NCBI GenBank assembly: GCA_034667685.1
Contig: JAXDQU010000102.1
Span: 1-36,575 of the forward strand
DNA from: Thermoplasmata archaeon
Lineage (GTDB): Archaea > Thermoplasmatota > SW-10-69-26 > JACQPN01 > JAJPHT01
Direction of reading: 5' to 3'
Length of the DNA stretch: 36,575 nt
Shown: positions 27,319 through 36,518 of the stretch, one piece after another
Layout of the letters: each line of letters opens with the position of its first letter
Numbering within the stretch: the stretch's first letter is position 1
The notes under the pieces: generated by a model
The model's input: only the letters and a program-made list of their open reading frames with translations
Told to the model about the DNA's origin: nothing
Databases searched by the model: none
Program-made: the position numbers and the translations under genes

Positions 27319-28449
27319 ATGGACTGGAGCGCCCTCCGAGACGAGTTCCCGACGCTCCAGCGCAAGACGTACCTCAACACGTGCTCGCTGGGCGCGCTGC
27401 CCCGCTCCGGGCGCGAGGCGGTCAACCGGTTCCTCGACCTCTGGGAGGAGCACGGCGCCTCGGCGTGGTACCGCATCTGGCTGGGCGAGGTGCAGGCGAC
27501 CCGGGAGAAGCTCGCGCGGCTCATCGGCGCGCGCTCCGACGAGGTGGCGATCCTGCCCAACGTGAGCAGCGCGCTCGCGGTGCTATCATCGTGCGGGCCG
27601 CAGGGCGGCAACGTCGTGTCGGCGGAGATGGACTTCCCCACGATCCCGTATGCGTGGATGGCGAGGCCGGGCTTCGAGGTTCGGCTGGCGCGCAGCGCGG
27701 ACGGCGTGCGCACGCCCGTCTCGGCGTACGCTCCGCTCGTGGACGGCGAGACGCGCTGGATCGCCACGAGCCACGTCTTCTACACCAGCGGCGCGATCCA
27801 GGACGCGCCCGCGCTTGCTCGGCTCGCGCACGAGCGCGGCGCGAGGCTCCTGCTCGACGCCTACCAGGCGACGGGCCAGCTTCCCACGGACGTGCGCGCG
27901 CTGGGCTGCGATGTGTACGTGACGGGCGGCCTGAAGTGGCTCCTGGGCGGGCCCGGCGTCGCCTACCTCTGGGTCAAGAAGGAATTGCACGCTGAGCTGA
28001 CGCCCACGATCGCGGGCTGGTTCGGCCACGCCGAGCAGTTCGCCTTTGATAGCACGGCGTTCCGGGCGCACGCCGACGCGCGGCGCTACGAGATGGGCAC
28101 GCCAGCCACGGCCGCGGTCTACGCGGGCGGCGCGGGGCTCGACGTGATCCTGCGCGCGGGGCCCGAGGCGATCCGGCGGCGCACGTCGGCCCTGGCGCGC
28201 GACCTGTACGAGCGGCTGGCCGACGCGGGCTACGACCTGGCCACACCCGAGAAGGAGGACGAGCGCGCGGGCATCGTCATGGTGCGGGCGAAGGACCCGC
28301 CCGCTGCGGTGAAGGCGCTCGCGCAGGAGGGCATCGTCGTGGACCATCGGCCGGGCCGCGTCCGGGTGTCGGCGTACTTCTACAACACCGAGGCCGAGGT
28401 CGAGCGTTTCGTGGACGCGCTGCGCCGCGTGGCGCCTCCCCGCGCGTGA
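27319..28449 (+). CDS. Aminotransferase class V PLP enzyme (kynureninase-like)
   Basis: YLNTCSLGA, DFPT, LDAYQATG, GGLKWLLGGPG (PLP Lys), YEMGTP, RVSAYFYNT. Confidence 0.88.
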   Translation: MDWSALRDEFPTLQRKTYLNTCSLGALPRSGREAVNRFLDLWEEHGASAWYRIWLGEVQATREKLARLIGARSDEVAILPNVSSALAVLSSCGPQGGNVVSAEMDFPTIPYAWMARPGFEVRLARSADGVRTPVSAYAPLVDGETRWIATSHVFYTSGAIQDAPALARLAHERGARLLLDAYQATGQLPTDVRALGCDVYVTGGLKWLLGGPGVAYLWVKKELHAELTPTIAGWFGHAEQFAFDSTAFRAHADARRYEMGTPATAAVYAGGAGLDVILRAGPEAIRRRTSALARDLYERLADAGYDLATPEKEDERAGIVMVRAKDPPAAVKALAQEGIVVDHRPGRVRVSAYFYNTEAEVERFVDALRRVAPPRA

Positions 28450-28499
28450 ATCGACGCTCCGGCGTCAGCCTACTTCTGGGGTCGCGCCGAGGCGGGCTC

Positions 28500-29636
28500 A
28501 TGCGCATGCTCCACGCTTTGCTGGTCGCTGGGCTGCTCGTGATCGCTTTCGCGCCCCTTGGCGGCGCGGCAACGCGGCCCGCTTCCATCCCGCCCGACGG
28601 GCCCGCCGGGCCGACCGTCAGCCTGGCCGCCATCAAGAGCGGCGCCGTCGGGGCGAACACGATGATCACGACCCAGCAGGCGACCGTCACGTCGATCTCG
28701 TGCCCTTCGTGCGACGAGGCGACGGTCGCCGCCGACTTCTGGATCAAGGACGCCAGCGGCGCGACGGTGCGCGTCCACGTCCCCAACACGTGGCAGGCGA
28801 CGTTCAACGTGAAGAAGCAGAACTTCGTGCCCGCGCCCGGCATGCAGGTCGTGGTGCAGGGCGTGACCGGCCTCGCCAACGGCGAGCGCCTCATCACGAT
28901 GAAGCGTTTCGGCGAGATCGGCCACCCTGGCCCCACGGTGCACGCCTACGAGGTCGCGGCGGGCAAGTTCTCCAGCGGCACGTACGTGTGGCTCGACCCC
29001 GTGAAGGTGCTCAACCGCGGCCACTGGGACGACGGCGACTACTCGTGGGACGTCCGCGACCCCGCGGGCGGCGGGATGGTGCACGTCGAGCTGTCACCGC
29101 CGTACAACGGCCAGCTCCACCTGCCCAACCTGGGCGACACCGTGGCGCCCTACGGCCAGGTGCGCTTCGACCCGGACCACAACTGGTGGGAGCTGCACCC
29201 CGTGCGCTGCTGGAGCCACACCGAGTGCGTGCCCACCGCCGCGGGCTATCTGCTCAACGGCCCGCCCGCGGGCACGCCCGCGACGACGAGCACGAGCACC
29301 GGCTTCTACGAGCAGGGCGGCCCCGTCCCGCTCGCCACGCCGCTCTCCTCCACGAGCAGCAGCGGCACGGGCGTCACGACGACGGGCGGCTTCTCGCCCA
29401 ACTTCCAGAAGACGCTCCACGCCAACAACTGGTGGGTCGAGGTCGGCGTCACCGCCAACCAGCCCGTGACCGCCGTCGAGGCGAGCGTCAACGGCGGCGC
29501 GTGGACCTCGCTGCCGAAGACCTCGTGGGGCACGTGGGCCAAGTCGTTTTACGTGGCGACCGGCTCGCACGTCCAGTTCCGCGCGCACAGCAGCACGGGC
29601 GCCACCGCGACGAGCGTCTCGTACACGTGGCCTTGA
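28500..29636 (+). CDS. Secreted protein with probable tandem OB-like domains, Ser/Thr linker and Trp-rich C-terminal module
   Basis: Signal peptide; DGDY...VEL...DPDHNWWELHPV; C-terminal NNWWVEV...VNGGAWTSLPKTSWGTWAKSF...VQFRA. Confidence 0.8.
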   Translation: MRMLHALLVAGLLVIAFAPLGGAATRPASIPPDGPAGPTVSLAAIKSGAVGANTMITTQQATVTSISCPSCDEATVAADFWIKDASGATVRVHVPNTWQATFNVKKQNFVPAPGMQVVVQGVTGLANGERLITMKRFGEIGHPGPTVHAYEVAAGKFSSGTYVWLDPVKVLNRGHWDDGDYSWDVRDPAGGGMVHVELSPPYNGQLHLPNLGDTVAPYGQVRFDPDHNWWELHPVRCWSHTECVPTAAGYLLNGPPAGTPATTSTSTGFYEQGGPVPLATPLSSTSSSGTGVTTTGGFSPNFQKTLHANNWWVEVGVTANQPVTAVEASVNGGAWTSLPKTSWGTWAKSFYVATGSHVQFRAHSSTGATATSVSYTWP

Positions 29637-29638
29637 GC

Positions 29639-29721
29639 GGGGCTCAGGGCTCTGGACTCAGGGCTCGGGGCTCCCGGTTTGCCGGAGAGCCCCGAGTCCT
29701 GAGTCCGGAGCCCAAAGTCCC
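29639..29721. repeat. Palindrome of 5+5 (A/G)GGGCTC-type heptamers between convergent genes
   Basis: ggggctc agggctc tggactc agggctc ggggctc [ccggtttgccgga] gagcccc gagtcct gagtccg gagccca aagtccc. Confidence 0.9.
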
Positions 29722-29723
29722 GT

Positions 29724-30821
29724 CTATCCGACGATCCTGATATCACGCCGCGCGCTGGTCAGCTTCTCGTAGCCATTGCGCGTCACCACGACGTCGTCCT
29801 CGATGCGCACGCCGCCGATGCCGGGGACGTAGATGCCCGGCTCGACCGTGACGACCATGCCTTCCGCGAGCGTCCAGTCGACGCGCGGCGAGAGGGCGGG
29901 GCCGTCGTGCACCGCGAGCCCGAGCGAGTGGCCGATGCTGTGGATGAAGCGCCCCTTCCAGGGGCTCGCGTCGATGACGGCGGCGGCCGCGTTGTGCACG
30001 TCGCCCCCCTTCGCGCCGGGCCTGATCGCGGCGAACGCGGCCTCCTGCGCGCGCAGCACGGTGGCCCAGATGTCCTCCATCTCCTTCGTGGGCTTGCCGT
30101 ACATCCACGTCGAGGTGAGGTCGCTGGCGTAGCGCTCGTACCACGCGCCGAAGTCGCAGAGCACGAACTGCCCCTTGTGGAGCGGCACGTCGCCGGGGTG
30201 GTAGTGCGGCTCGGCGCTTCCTTCGCCGAAGCCCACGATGGTGTCGAACGAGGGGCCGGTCGCGCCGCGCTTCGTCATCGCGTAGCCGATCTCCGCCGAG
30301 AGCTCGAACTCCTTCATGCCTTCGCGCAGCATGCCGGGGATCGCGTCGCTGACCTCGCTGACGATCTTCGCCGCGCGGCGGATGCGCGCCAATTCGATCT
30401 TGTCCTTCACGGCGCGCGCGTCGGCGAGCGGCTGCGAGACGTCGACCAGCTCGACGCCGGGCGTGGTCTCCTGGAGGGCGAGGTAGTCGGCCGCCGTCGT
30501 CTCGGGCGGGTTGACGCCGACCTTGGCGTGCCCCTTGCAGACCTCCGCGAGCCACGCCTTGCGCTCGTCGTTCCGCGTGAACGTCGCGATGCGCGCGTCC
30601 TTGGCGCGCCGCGCGCTCGTCTCCTCCAGCCCGGGGACGAGCAGGTCCAGGCTTCCGTCGCGGTGCAGCGCGACGGCGCTCCGCTCGAACCCGCCGCCGG
30701 CCACGAGGTCGGTCGCGTGGAAGAAGGCCATGTCCTTGTGCTCGGCCACGCTGTTCTGGAGCAGGATGAGGTCGACGCCCGCGGGGGCGCGCTCGAAGAT
30801 CCGCAGCACGCGGTCGCGCAT
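29724..30821 (-). CDS. pepQ: Xaa-Pro aminopeptidase/dipeptidase (M24B)
   Basis: RAVKD..E, SFDTIV, EPHY, DFGAWYERYASDLT, HSIGHSLGLAVHD, TVEPGIY, GVRIEDD. Confidence 0.92.
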   Translation of the reverse strand: MRDRVLRIFERAPAGVDLILLQNSVAEHKDMAFFHATDLVAGGGFERSAVALHRDGSLDLLVPGLEETSARRAKDARIATFTRNDERKAWLAEVCKGHAKVGVNPPETTAADYLALQETTPGVELVDVSQPLADARAVKDKIELARIRRAAKIVSEVSDAIPGMLREGMKEFELSAEIGYAMTKRGATGPSFDTIVGFGEGSAEPHYHPGDVPLHKGQFVLCDFGAWYERYASDLTSTWMYGKPTKEMEDIWATVLRAQEAAFAAIRPGAKGGDVHNAAAAVIDASPWKGRFIHSIGHSLGLAVHDGPALSPRVDWTLAEGMVVTVEPGIYVPGIGGVRIEDDVVVTRNGYEKLTSARRDIRIVG

Positions 30822-30873
30822 GCCACCCGCACGCGACGCAAGGACCATGAGGCTATCCCAAAATCCACCCTGC

Positions 30874-31956
30874 GTGGGCGAGCCGCGCGTCTCGACGGTC
30901 GAGCTATTCTTCGACCTCGTCTTCGTCTTCACCATCACGCAGCTCACCTACCTCATCGATGGCGCGCGCACGCCGCTCGACTTCCTCCTGGTCCTCGTCG
31001 TGCTCACGATCGTCTGGTGGCACTACGCCGGCTACGTGTGGCTCACCAACGCCTCGGGCGCGGCGGACGCGATGCGCCTCGTGCTGGTCGCCGCGATGGC
31101 CGGCTTCCTCGTGATGGCGATCTCGCTCCCGACGATCTTCGGCGCGGGCGGCCTGCCCTTCGGCCTGGGCTATCTTTTCATCGTCGCGCTGCACCTGGGC
31201 GCGTTCCTCTGGCAGGGCGGCCGGGCGGCGTGGCGCGCGGTCGCGGGGCTCGCGGTCATCAACCTCGGCGTCGCGGCGCTCGTGCTCGCGGCGGCGCTCG
31301 TCCACGCCTCGTGGAGCTGGGCGTTCCTCGTGGCGGGCGTCGCGCTCTTCGGCGTCTCCACGCTGGTGCGCGTCGAGGGGGGCTTCTCCGTCCGCGCGGG
31401 GCACTTCGCGGAGCGCCACGGCGCGGTCATCCTCATCGCGCTGGGCGAGAGCGTCATCGCCATCGGCACGGGCGCTGCCGCGGCGGGCGGCTTCGGCGCG
31501 TGGACGCTGGGCGCCCTGGTCGCCGCGCTGGCGGTCATCGCCGCGATGTGGTGGGCGTACTTCGACCGTGACGACGCGCGCGCCGAGCACGCCCTCTCCG
31601 CCGCGCCGCCCGAGCAGCAGGCGCGCAAGGCGCTCCTGGGCTACTGGTACACGCACCTCCTGATGATCGCGGGCATCGTGCTCGTCGCGACCGGCGTCAG
31701 GGGCGAGGTCGCGCACCCGGCCGAGGCCGCGCCGCGCGCGGGGTGGCTCCTGGCCGCGGGGCTCGCCGCGTTCCTCCTGGGCAGCGTGGCCTTCCGCCGC
31801 TCCTTCGGCCTGCGCCCCCTGACCACCCGGCTCGTGGCCGCGCCCGCCATGCTCCTCGTGGGCCTCGCCGGCCTGGCGCTGGGCGGGCTCGCGGTCCTGG
31901 CGCTCGGGGCGCTCCTCCTGGGGGCGCTCTTCGCGTGGGAGCGGGCGTACGCCTAA
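30874..31956 (+). CDS. ltrA: Low temperature requirement protein A family membrane protein
   Basis: RVSTVELFFDLVFVFTITQL, HFAERHGAVILIALGESVI, WWAYF; GTG 30874 preferred over ATG 30847. Confidence 0.9.
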   Translation: MGEPRVSTVELFFDLVFVFTITQLTYLIDGARTPLDFLLVLVVLTIVWWHYAGYVWLTNASGAADAMRLVLVAAMAGFLVMAISLPTIFGAGGLPFGLGYLFIVALHLGAFLWQGGRAAWRAVAGLAVINLGVAALVLAAALVHASWSWAFLVAGVALFGVSTLVRVEGGFSVRAGHFAERHGAVILIALGESVIAIGTGAAAAGGFGAWTLGALVAALAVIAAMWWAYFDRDDARAEHALSAAPPEQQARKALLGYWYTHLLMIAGIVLVATGVRGEVAHPAEAAPRAGWLLAAGLAAFLLGSVAFRRSFGLRPLTTRLVAAPAMLLVGLAGLALGGLAVLALGALLLGALFAWERAYA

Positions 31957-31980
31957 GCGTGCCCGCCAGCATGCCGGCTC

Positions 31981-32334
31981 GTGGACCCCGAAGCGTTCGC
32001 GCAAAGCTGGCTCGCCGCGTTCAACGCCCATGACCTCGACGCGATCATCGCGCACTACGCGGAGGACGTCGAGCACAGCTCGCCCACCGTCGTCCGCCTC
32101 TTGGGCGAACCCTCGGGCGTCGTGCGCGGCAAGCCGGCCCTCCGCGCCTACTTCGAGAGGGCGCTCGCCAGCGCGGGCCCGGGGCTGCGCTTCGAGCTGA
32201 CCCGCCTCTACGTGGGCGCGCACGGCGTGACGCTCCTGTACAACCGCTCGGGCGGGAAGCTCGTCGCGGAGTCGTTCTGGCTCGACGGGCGCGGGCTCGT
32301 CCGGCGCGCGTTCGTGGCCCACGCGGACCCCTGA
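31981..32334 (+). CDS. SnoaL-like / NTF2 family protein
   Basis: WLAAFNAHDLDAIIAHYAEDVEHSSP...GKPALRAYF. Confidence 0.9.
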   Translation: MDPEAFAQSWLAAFNAHDLDAIIAHYAEDVEHSSPTVVRLLGEPSGVVRGKPALRAYFERALASAGPGLRFELTRLYVGAHGVTLLYNRSGGKLVAESFWLDGRGLVRRAFVAHADP

Positions 32335-32416
32335 GCCCAGGATCCAGGGGCCCTCGTTCAACGGTGACACCCGAAGCGTTATCTCTTCACATCGTGCCTC
32401 GGCCCCTGAGGCTTCC

Positions 32417-34306
32417 ATGCGCTCCCAGGTTGTGCTCCTTGCCGTCCTTCTTGCCCTCCCCATCGGCCTGACGCCCGCCCGGGCCACGGCCCCCCTGCAG
32501 GTCGACGCCGGCCAGAGCGCCTTCGTCCTGGACGGCGGCAGCGTCTCCGTCGTCGGCGCGGTCGCCGGCGGCACGCCCCCCTACGCCTACGCGTGGGACG
32601 TGGACGGCTCCACCGCGGGCCTCTCGGCGCCCACGAGCCTCGTCACCAGCCTGGACTCGTCGGCCTACGCCACGGGCGACCACAACGTGACGCTCACCGT
32701 GACGGACCATGACGGCACCGTCGCCTCGGACACCGTCCCCTACCGCTTCTCCGACCGCACGTCAATCCTCGACACGGTCGTCTCGTTCGGCACGACGGGC
32801 GCGGCGTTCGATGGCTTCGGCGTGGGCCCGCGCGTCTCCACCGTCGGCGCGCAGTCCAGCCCCTTCACGGTCGCCACCGGCACGAGCCGCCTGGAGGCCG
32901 AGCTGGACTGGAGCGACTCCACGCTCGACACGTTCACCTTCGACCTCGTCGACCCCAGCGGCGCGCACCAGGGGACCTACCAGGGCGTCGCCAACCCCGT
33001 CGGCCCCCAGACCATCACGGTCGACGCGCCCCTCGCGGGCTCGTGGCACGCGCTCGTCTCGACCAACGACTCGGCGCCCACGGAGACCGCGCACGTCTCG
33101 ATCCTCGCCACCGGCGCGAAGCCCCTGCCCGACTTCTACCCGCCGCTCCAGGAGCAGTGGGGCACGAAGGACACGCAGACGCTCCACGCCGCCCCCGGCC
33201 TGGGCGTCGCCCCCTTCACGTACAAGTGGGACACGGACAACGACGGCGTCTACGACCTCACGGGCAATGACGTCGCGGCCTCGCTCGGCGTCGGCTCGCA
33301 CACCATCCGCTCGCGCATCATCGACGCGGGCGGCTGGCGCAGCGAGGGCGGCGTCCCCGTCCTCGTGCACAGCAGCGACCACGCCTTCTGGGCCAACTGC
33401 GGCGGCGACCTCCGCGTCCCCAACTGGAGCATGGAGTTCAGCGCGACCGGCGGCACCTGCTGGATGCACGACGGCCACCACACGTACTTCATGGGCGGTG
33501 CGACGTACAGCCTCGGCCGCATGGACGGCTCGCTCTACAGCGTCGAGCAGATGTTCGCCCCCTCGACCGACGTCGACGCGAACCTCCAGACGAAGATCGC
33601 CATCGAGGCGAGCCTGGACGGCCTCACCTGGACCTCGCTGGGCAGCGCGAGCTACGACCTGCTCAACGAGCGCCAGGGCGTGCCGGTCCACCTCGTCGGC
33701 TCGGGCCAGCACTTCCGCTTCTTCCGCTTCCACGAGCCGCTCTCCGCGAGCCAGGGCCTCTCGGGCTACCTCGACGGGAGCGACGTGGTCATCGAGGCGA
33801 ACGACGTCTCCGCGGCGCCCACGCCCGCGCTCACGACGCAGACGAAGGAGCTCAGCTGCGCGAACAGCCAGATCATGGAGGCGTTCTTCACGACACACCC
33901 GTGCACGTTCGGCGGCGTGGACCGCTACGACTCCGCGTCGTTCTTCCACACGTACGTCGCGGGCGACGGCGCGAACCTCACCGCGATCGGCGGCTCGTTC
34001 ACGCTGGCGCCCTTCCGCAGCGACGACTGGTACCAGGGCCACGAGACCGCGCCGCTCACGACGCTCGCCTACGTCCAGGTGAGCGCCGATGGCGTCCACT
34101 TCACGAACGTCGCCTCGGTCACCGCCACCTACGGCGTGCCCGCGTCGTTCCACGTGGACGTTCCGGGCGGCACGAGCGCGACGTTCGTCCGCGTCTTCCC
34201 CGAGTACCACGCGGACTTCAACGACGACTTCGCCAACGCGCCGCTCCACCACACGCGCGGCTTCATCCTGGCGTCCAACGTGACGCTGACGGGCGACATG
34301 CCGTAA
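32417..34306 (+). CDS. Secreted multidomain surface protein (PKD-like, PPC-like, PKD-like, two discoidin-like repeats)
   Basis: Signal peptide; GGTPPYAYAWDVDG and GVAPFTYKWDTDNDG; EASLDGLTWT...FRFFRF and QVSADGVHFT...FVRVF. Confidence 0.8.
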   Translation: MRSQVVLLAVLLALPIGLTPARATAPLQVDAGQSAFVLDGGSVSVVGAVAGGTPPYAYAWDVDGSTAGLSAPTSLVTSLDSSAYATGDHNVTLTVTDHDGTVASDTVPYRFSDRTSILDTVVSFGTTGAAFDGFGVGPRVSTVGAQSSPFTVATGTSRLEAELDWSDSTLDTFTFDLVDPSGAHQGTYQGVANPVGPQTITVDAPLAGSWHALVSTNDSAPTETAHVSILATGAKPLPDFYPPLQEQWGTKDTQTLHAAPGLGVAPFTYKWDTDNDGVYDLTGNDVAASLGVGSHTIRSRIIDAGGWRSEGGVPVLVHSSDHAFWANCGGDLRVPNWSMEFSATGGTCWMHDGHHTYFMGGATYSLGRMDGSLYSVEQMFAPSTDVDANLQTKIAIEASLDGLTWTSLGSASYDLLNERQGVPVHLVGSGQHFRFFRFHEPLSASQGLSGYLDGSDVVIEANDVSAAPTPALTTQTKELSCANSQIMEAFFTTHPCTFGGVDRYDSASFFHTYVAGDGANLTAIGGSFTLAPFRSDDWYQGHETAPLTTLAYVQVSADGVHFTNVASVTATYGVPASFHVDVPGGTSATFVRVFPEYHADFNDDFANAPLHHTRGFILASNVTLTGDMP

Positions 34307-34313
34307 GGACGCC

Positions 34314-34403
34314 GAGGGAAGCAGGGAAGAAGGGAACTGGGGAAACAGGGGCGGACCCCGTCTTCCCCAGTTCCCGTCTTCGCCTCTTCCCGTCTTCCCT
34401 TCG
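34314..34403. repeat. Second GGGAAG(N)N-octamer purine/pyrimidine palindrome between convergent genes
   Basis: gggaactggggaa (34332-34344) pairs with ttccccagttccc (34363-34375); shares cttccccagttc with the 24580 element. Confidence 0.88.
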
Positions 34404-35084
34404 TCAGCCGGAGCACGCCTTGCCCGCCACGAGCGCCAGCTTCGCAGGCGGCGCGGCGGAATCACCCTGCGCGGCGACATGGAGCGTCCACGTGCTCTGC
34501 GCGGCGGCGGGGCTCGGGTCGGCGTGGAACGTCCAGACGCCGGCGGCGGGCGCGTCGAACGACGTCTCCAGCGAGACGGGCGCGCCCGGCTGCGCGGATT
34601 GCGGGTCGAACGCGAACGTCGTCGTCTTGCCCGCGGGCGTCGTGACGGCGAGCGAGTAGGCGCCCGCGCCACCGGGGCCCGCCGCGTCGCCGCCGAAGGT
34701 GATCGCGAGCTTCGTGGCGCCCTCGGGCAGCGCGAGCGCCGCGTCGGGGCAGTGTTTCGCGTCCGTCTGCCGCGGCGTGGCGCCCGCCGGGTCGTCGAGG
34801 GCGGCCGCGTACCCGAGCGGCGCGTCGGCGCTGAGGTTCCACGGCGTCGTCGCGGGGGCGGCCTCGGCGGGCGGGGTCGCGTTCGGCGCGGCCTGGGGAG
34901 ACGTCGCTTTGTTGGGCGCCGTCGCGGGCGCCGCGGGTGCGGTGGCGTTGGCCGCGGGCGCCGGGTCGGGCGTGGCCTGCGCCGGGGCGGGGGTGGGGTC
35001 GGTGGCGGCCGGCGTCACCGGGTCGGCGGGATGGACGCAGCCCGCCAGGAGCGCGAGCGCGAGGACAAGGAGAGGGAGGCGCAT
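34404..35084 (-). CDS. Lipoprotein with Pro/Ala/Thr linker and PPC-like beta-sandwich domain
   Basis: Lipobox LAGC; LPEGATKLAITF...PAAGVWTF. Confidence 0.8.
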   Translation of the reverse strand: MRLPLLVLALALLAGCVHPADPVTPAATDPTPAPAQATPDPAPAANATAPAAPATAPNKATSPQAAPNATPPAEAAPATTPWNLSADAPLGYAAALDDPAGATPRQTDAKHCPDAALALPEGATKLAITFGGDAAGPGGAGAYSLAVTTPAGKTTTFAFDPQSAQPGAPVSLETSFDAPAAGVWTFHADPSPAAAQSTWTLHVAAQGDSAAPPAKLALVAGKACSG

Positions 35085-35108
35085 GGCCGCCGAGCCGGCG
35101 CGCCGCTC

Positions 35109-36068
35109 CTAAGCAGGCTGGTCGCTTCGTGGAAACGAGCCTTGGCGCAGGGGCGGCGCGGCGCTGACGTGGAGCGTGACGCCCGCGGCCTTGAACGCGG
35201 CGCGGAGCTGGCGGAAGAGGCGCTCGTAGTAGCGCGCGTCCTGCACTGCCTCGACCACGGCTTCCTCCAGGGGCGAGCCGGCGACGCGCGCGCGGAGCAC
35301 CGGGACCACCGTGTCGAGGTAGCGCCACGCGAGCGCCGTGACCTCGCCGACCTTCGCCTCGCGGAACGCCTCCGCCACGTCCGCGGGGCGCACGCCGCCG
35401 CTCAACGGGTAGCAGGGCGCGAGCATGGCGAAGGTGTCGAGCCCCGCGTCCGCGAGGTCGCGCAGCGCGCGCAGGCGGCCTTCGATCGACGGGGCGCCGG
35501 GCTCCACGAGCCGCCGCGCGGCGTCGTCCAGCGTGGGCACCGACATGCCGACGCTGACGTCGGAGAACTGCTGGAAGAGGTCGACGTCGCGGCGCACGAG
35601 CGGGTTGCGCGTGAGGACGCGGAGCGGCCAGTCGGCGCGCGATAGCAATTCGACGCAGCGGCGCGTGATCTGGTGCGTGCCTTCGACGGGCTGGTACGGG
35701 TCGGTCGCGCTGCTCAGGAACACGTCGCGCGGCGCCTTGCGCTTCAGCTCGCGCGCCAGCACGGTAGGCAGGTTGCGCTTGACGATGACGTAGCGGCCCC
35801 AGCGCTCGCGCTCGACGTGGGCGACGTCCGGGACGTAGCAATAGGCGCAGTCGTGCGAGCAGCCCATGTACGGGTTGAGCGACCAGGGCTCGCCGGGCAT
35901 GCGGCAGAGCGTCAGCGCGCTCTTGGCGTCGACCTCCTTGACCTCGTAGCGGCCGAACTCCGAGGGCGGGAGCAGCGCGGCGCCGGGCGCGAAGGCGAAG
36001 AGCGAGGCCTGCGAGAGCGGGCGCGCCCTGGAGAGGACGCTGTGCCGTGCGTCGTCGGCCGCGCGCAT
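35109..36068 (-). CDS. Radical SAM protein, spore-photoproduct-lyase-like / Rv2578c-type
   Basis: SLNPYMGCSHDCAYCY (CxxxCxxC), SSATDPYQPVE, VLTRNPLVRRDVD, EPGAPS..RL; start uncertain. Confidence 0.9.
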   Translation of the reverse strand: MRAADDARHSVLSRARPLSQASLFAFAPGAALLPPSEFGRYEVKEVDAKSALTLCRMPGEPWSLNPYMGCSHDCAYCYVPDVAHVERERWGRYVIVKRNLPTVLARELKRKAPRDVFLSSATDPYQPVEGTHQITRRCVELLSRADWPLRVLTRNPLVRRDVDLFQQFSDVSVGMSVPTLDDAARRLVEPGAPSIEGRLRALRDLADAGLDTFAMLAPCYPLSGGVRPADVAEAFREAKVGEVTALAWRYLDTVVPVLRARVAGSPLEEAVVEAVQDARYYERLFRQLRAAFKAAGVTLHVSAAPPLRQGSFPRSDQPA

Positions 36069-36103
36069 CGTGGAACGGGAGGCGCCTCCCGCCTAAGGGA
36101 GCT

Positions 36104-36460
36104 TCAGAGGGGCTCGCTGAAAGGACTCTCGGGCGGCATCGAGGCCTGGAGCGTCGAGACGATCTGGTCGGTGTCCACGTTGAGGATGACGTTCTCGCCG
36201 AACGTGGCGACGCGCTCCGCGCCGATCTGGATGCGCGGGCCGCCGTGCGCGTCGAAGAGCCCGTGGCGCGGCTCCGCCATGTTGAGCCGGTCGGCCACGT
36301 CGCGGCGCAGGCTCACCACGAAGCCCGAGACGCGCCAGGTGCGCGGGTCGATGGCCGCGTCCTCGATGGTGCCCAGCGTCGTGCCCATGCGCCCGATCAC
36401 GCGGCGCCCCTTGATGTCGTCGAGATGGATCTCGTCGTTGCCGAAGGCGGGACTGTCCAT
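36104..36460 (-). CDS. PRC-barrel domain protein
   Basis: IKGRRVIGRMGTTLGTIEDAAIDPRTWRVSGFVV...FGENVIL. Confidence 0.85.
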   Translation of the reverse strand: MDSPAFGNDEIHLDDIKGRRVIGRMGTTLGTIEDAAIDPRTWRVSGFVVSLRRDVADRLNMAEPRHGLFDAHGGPRIQIGAERVATFGENVILNVDTDQIVSTLQASMPPESPFSEPL

Positions 36461-36518
36461 GGCGACCGGTTCGCGGGAGATGGGGAATGGGTGTTGTCGC
36501 CGCAGCGTCGTTGCTTCG

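Noticed and set aside
27181-27453. Extended N-termini of the ArsR-like and class V PLP ORFs
   Set aside because: They run through the nonamer palindrome and the opposite gene; starts reassigned to 27180 and 27319.
27319-28449. Cysteine desulfurase call
   Set aside because: No catalytic Cys loop (SSGSAC or RxGxHCA); KWLLGGPG fits kynureninase-like class V enzymes better.
32331-32356. gagccca ggatcca ggggccc as another heptamer element
   Set aside because: Only one degenerate arm and too short to distinguish from chance.
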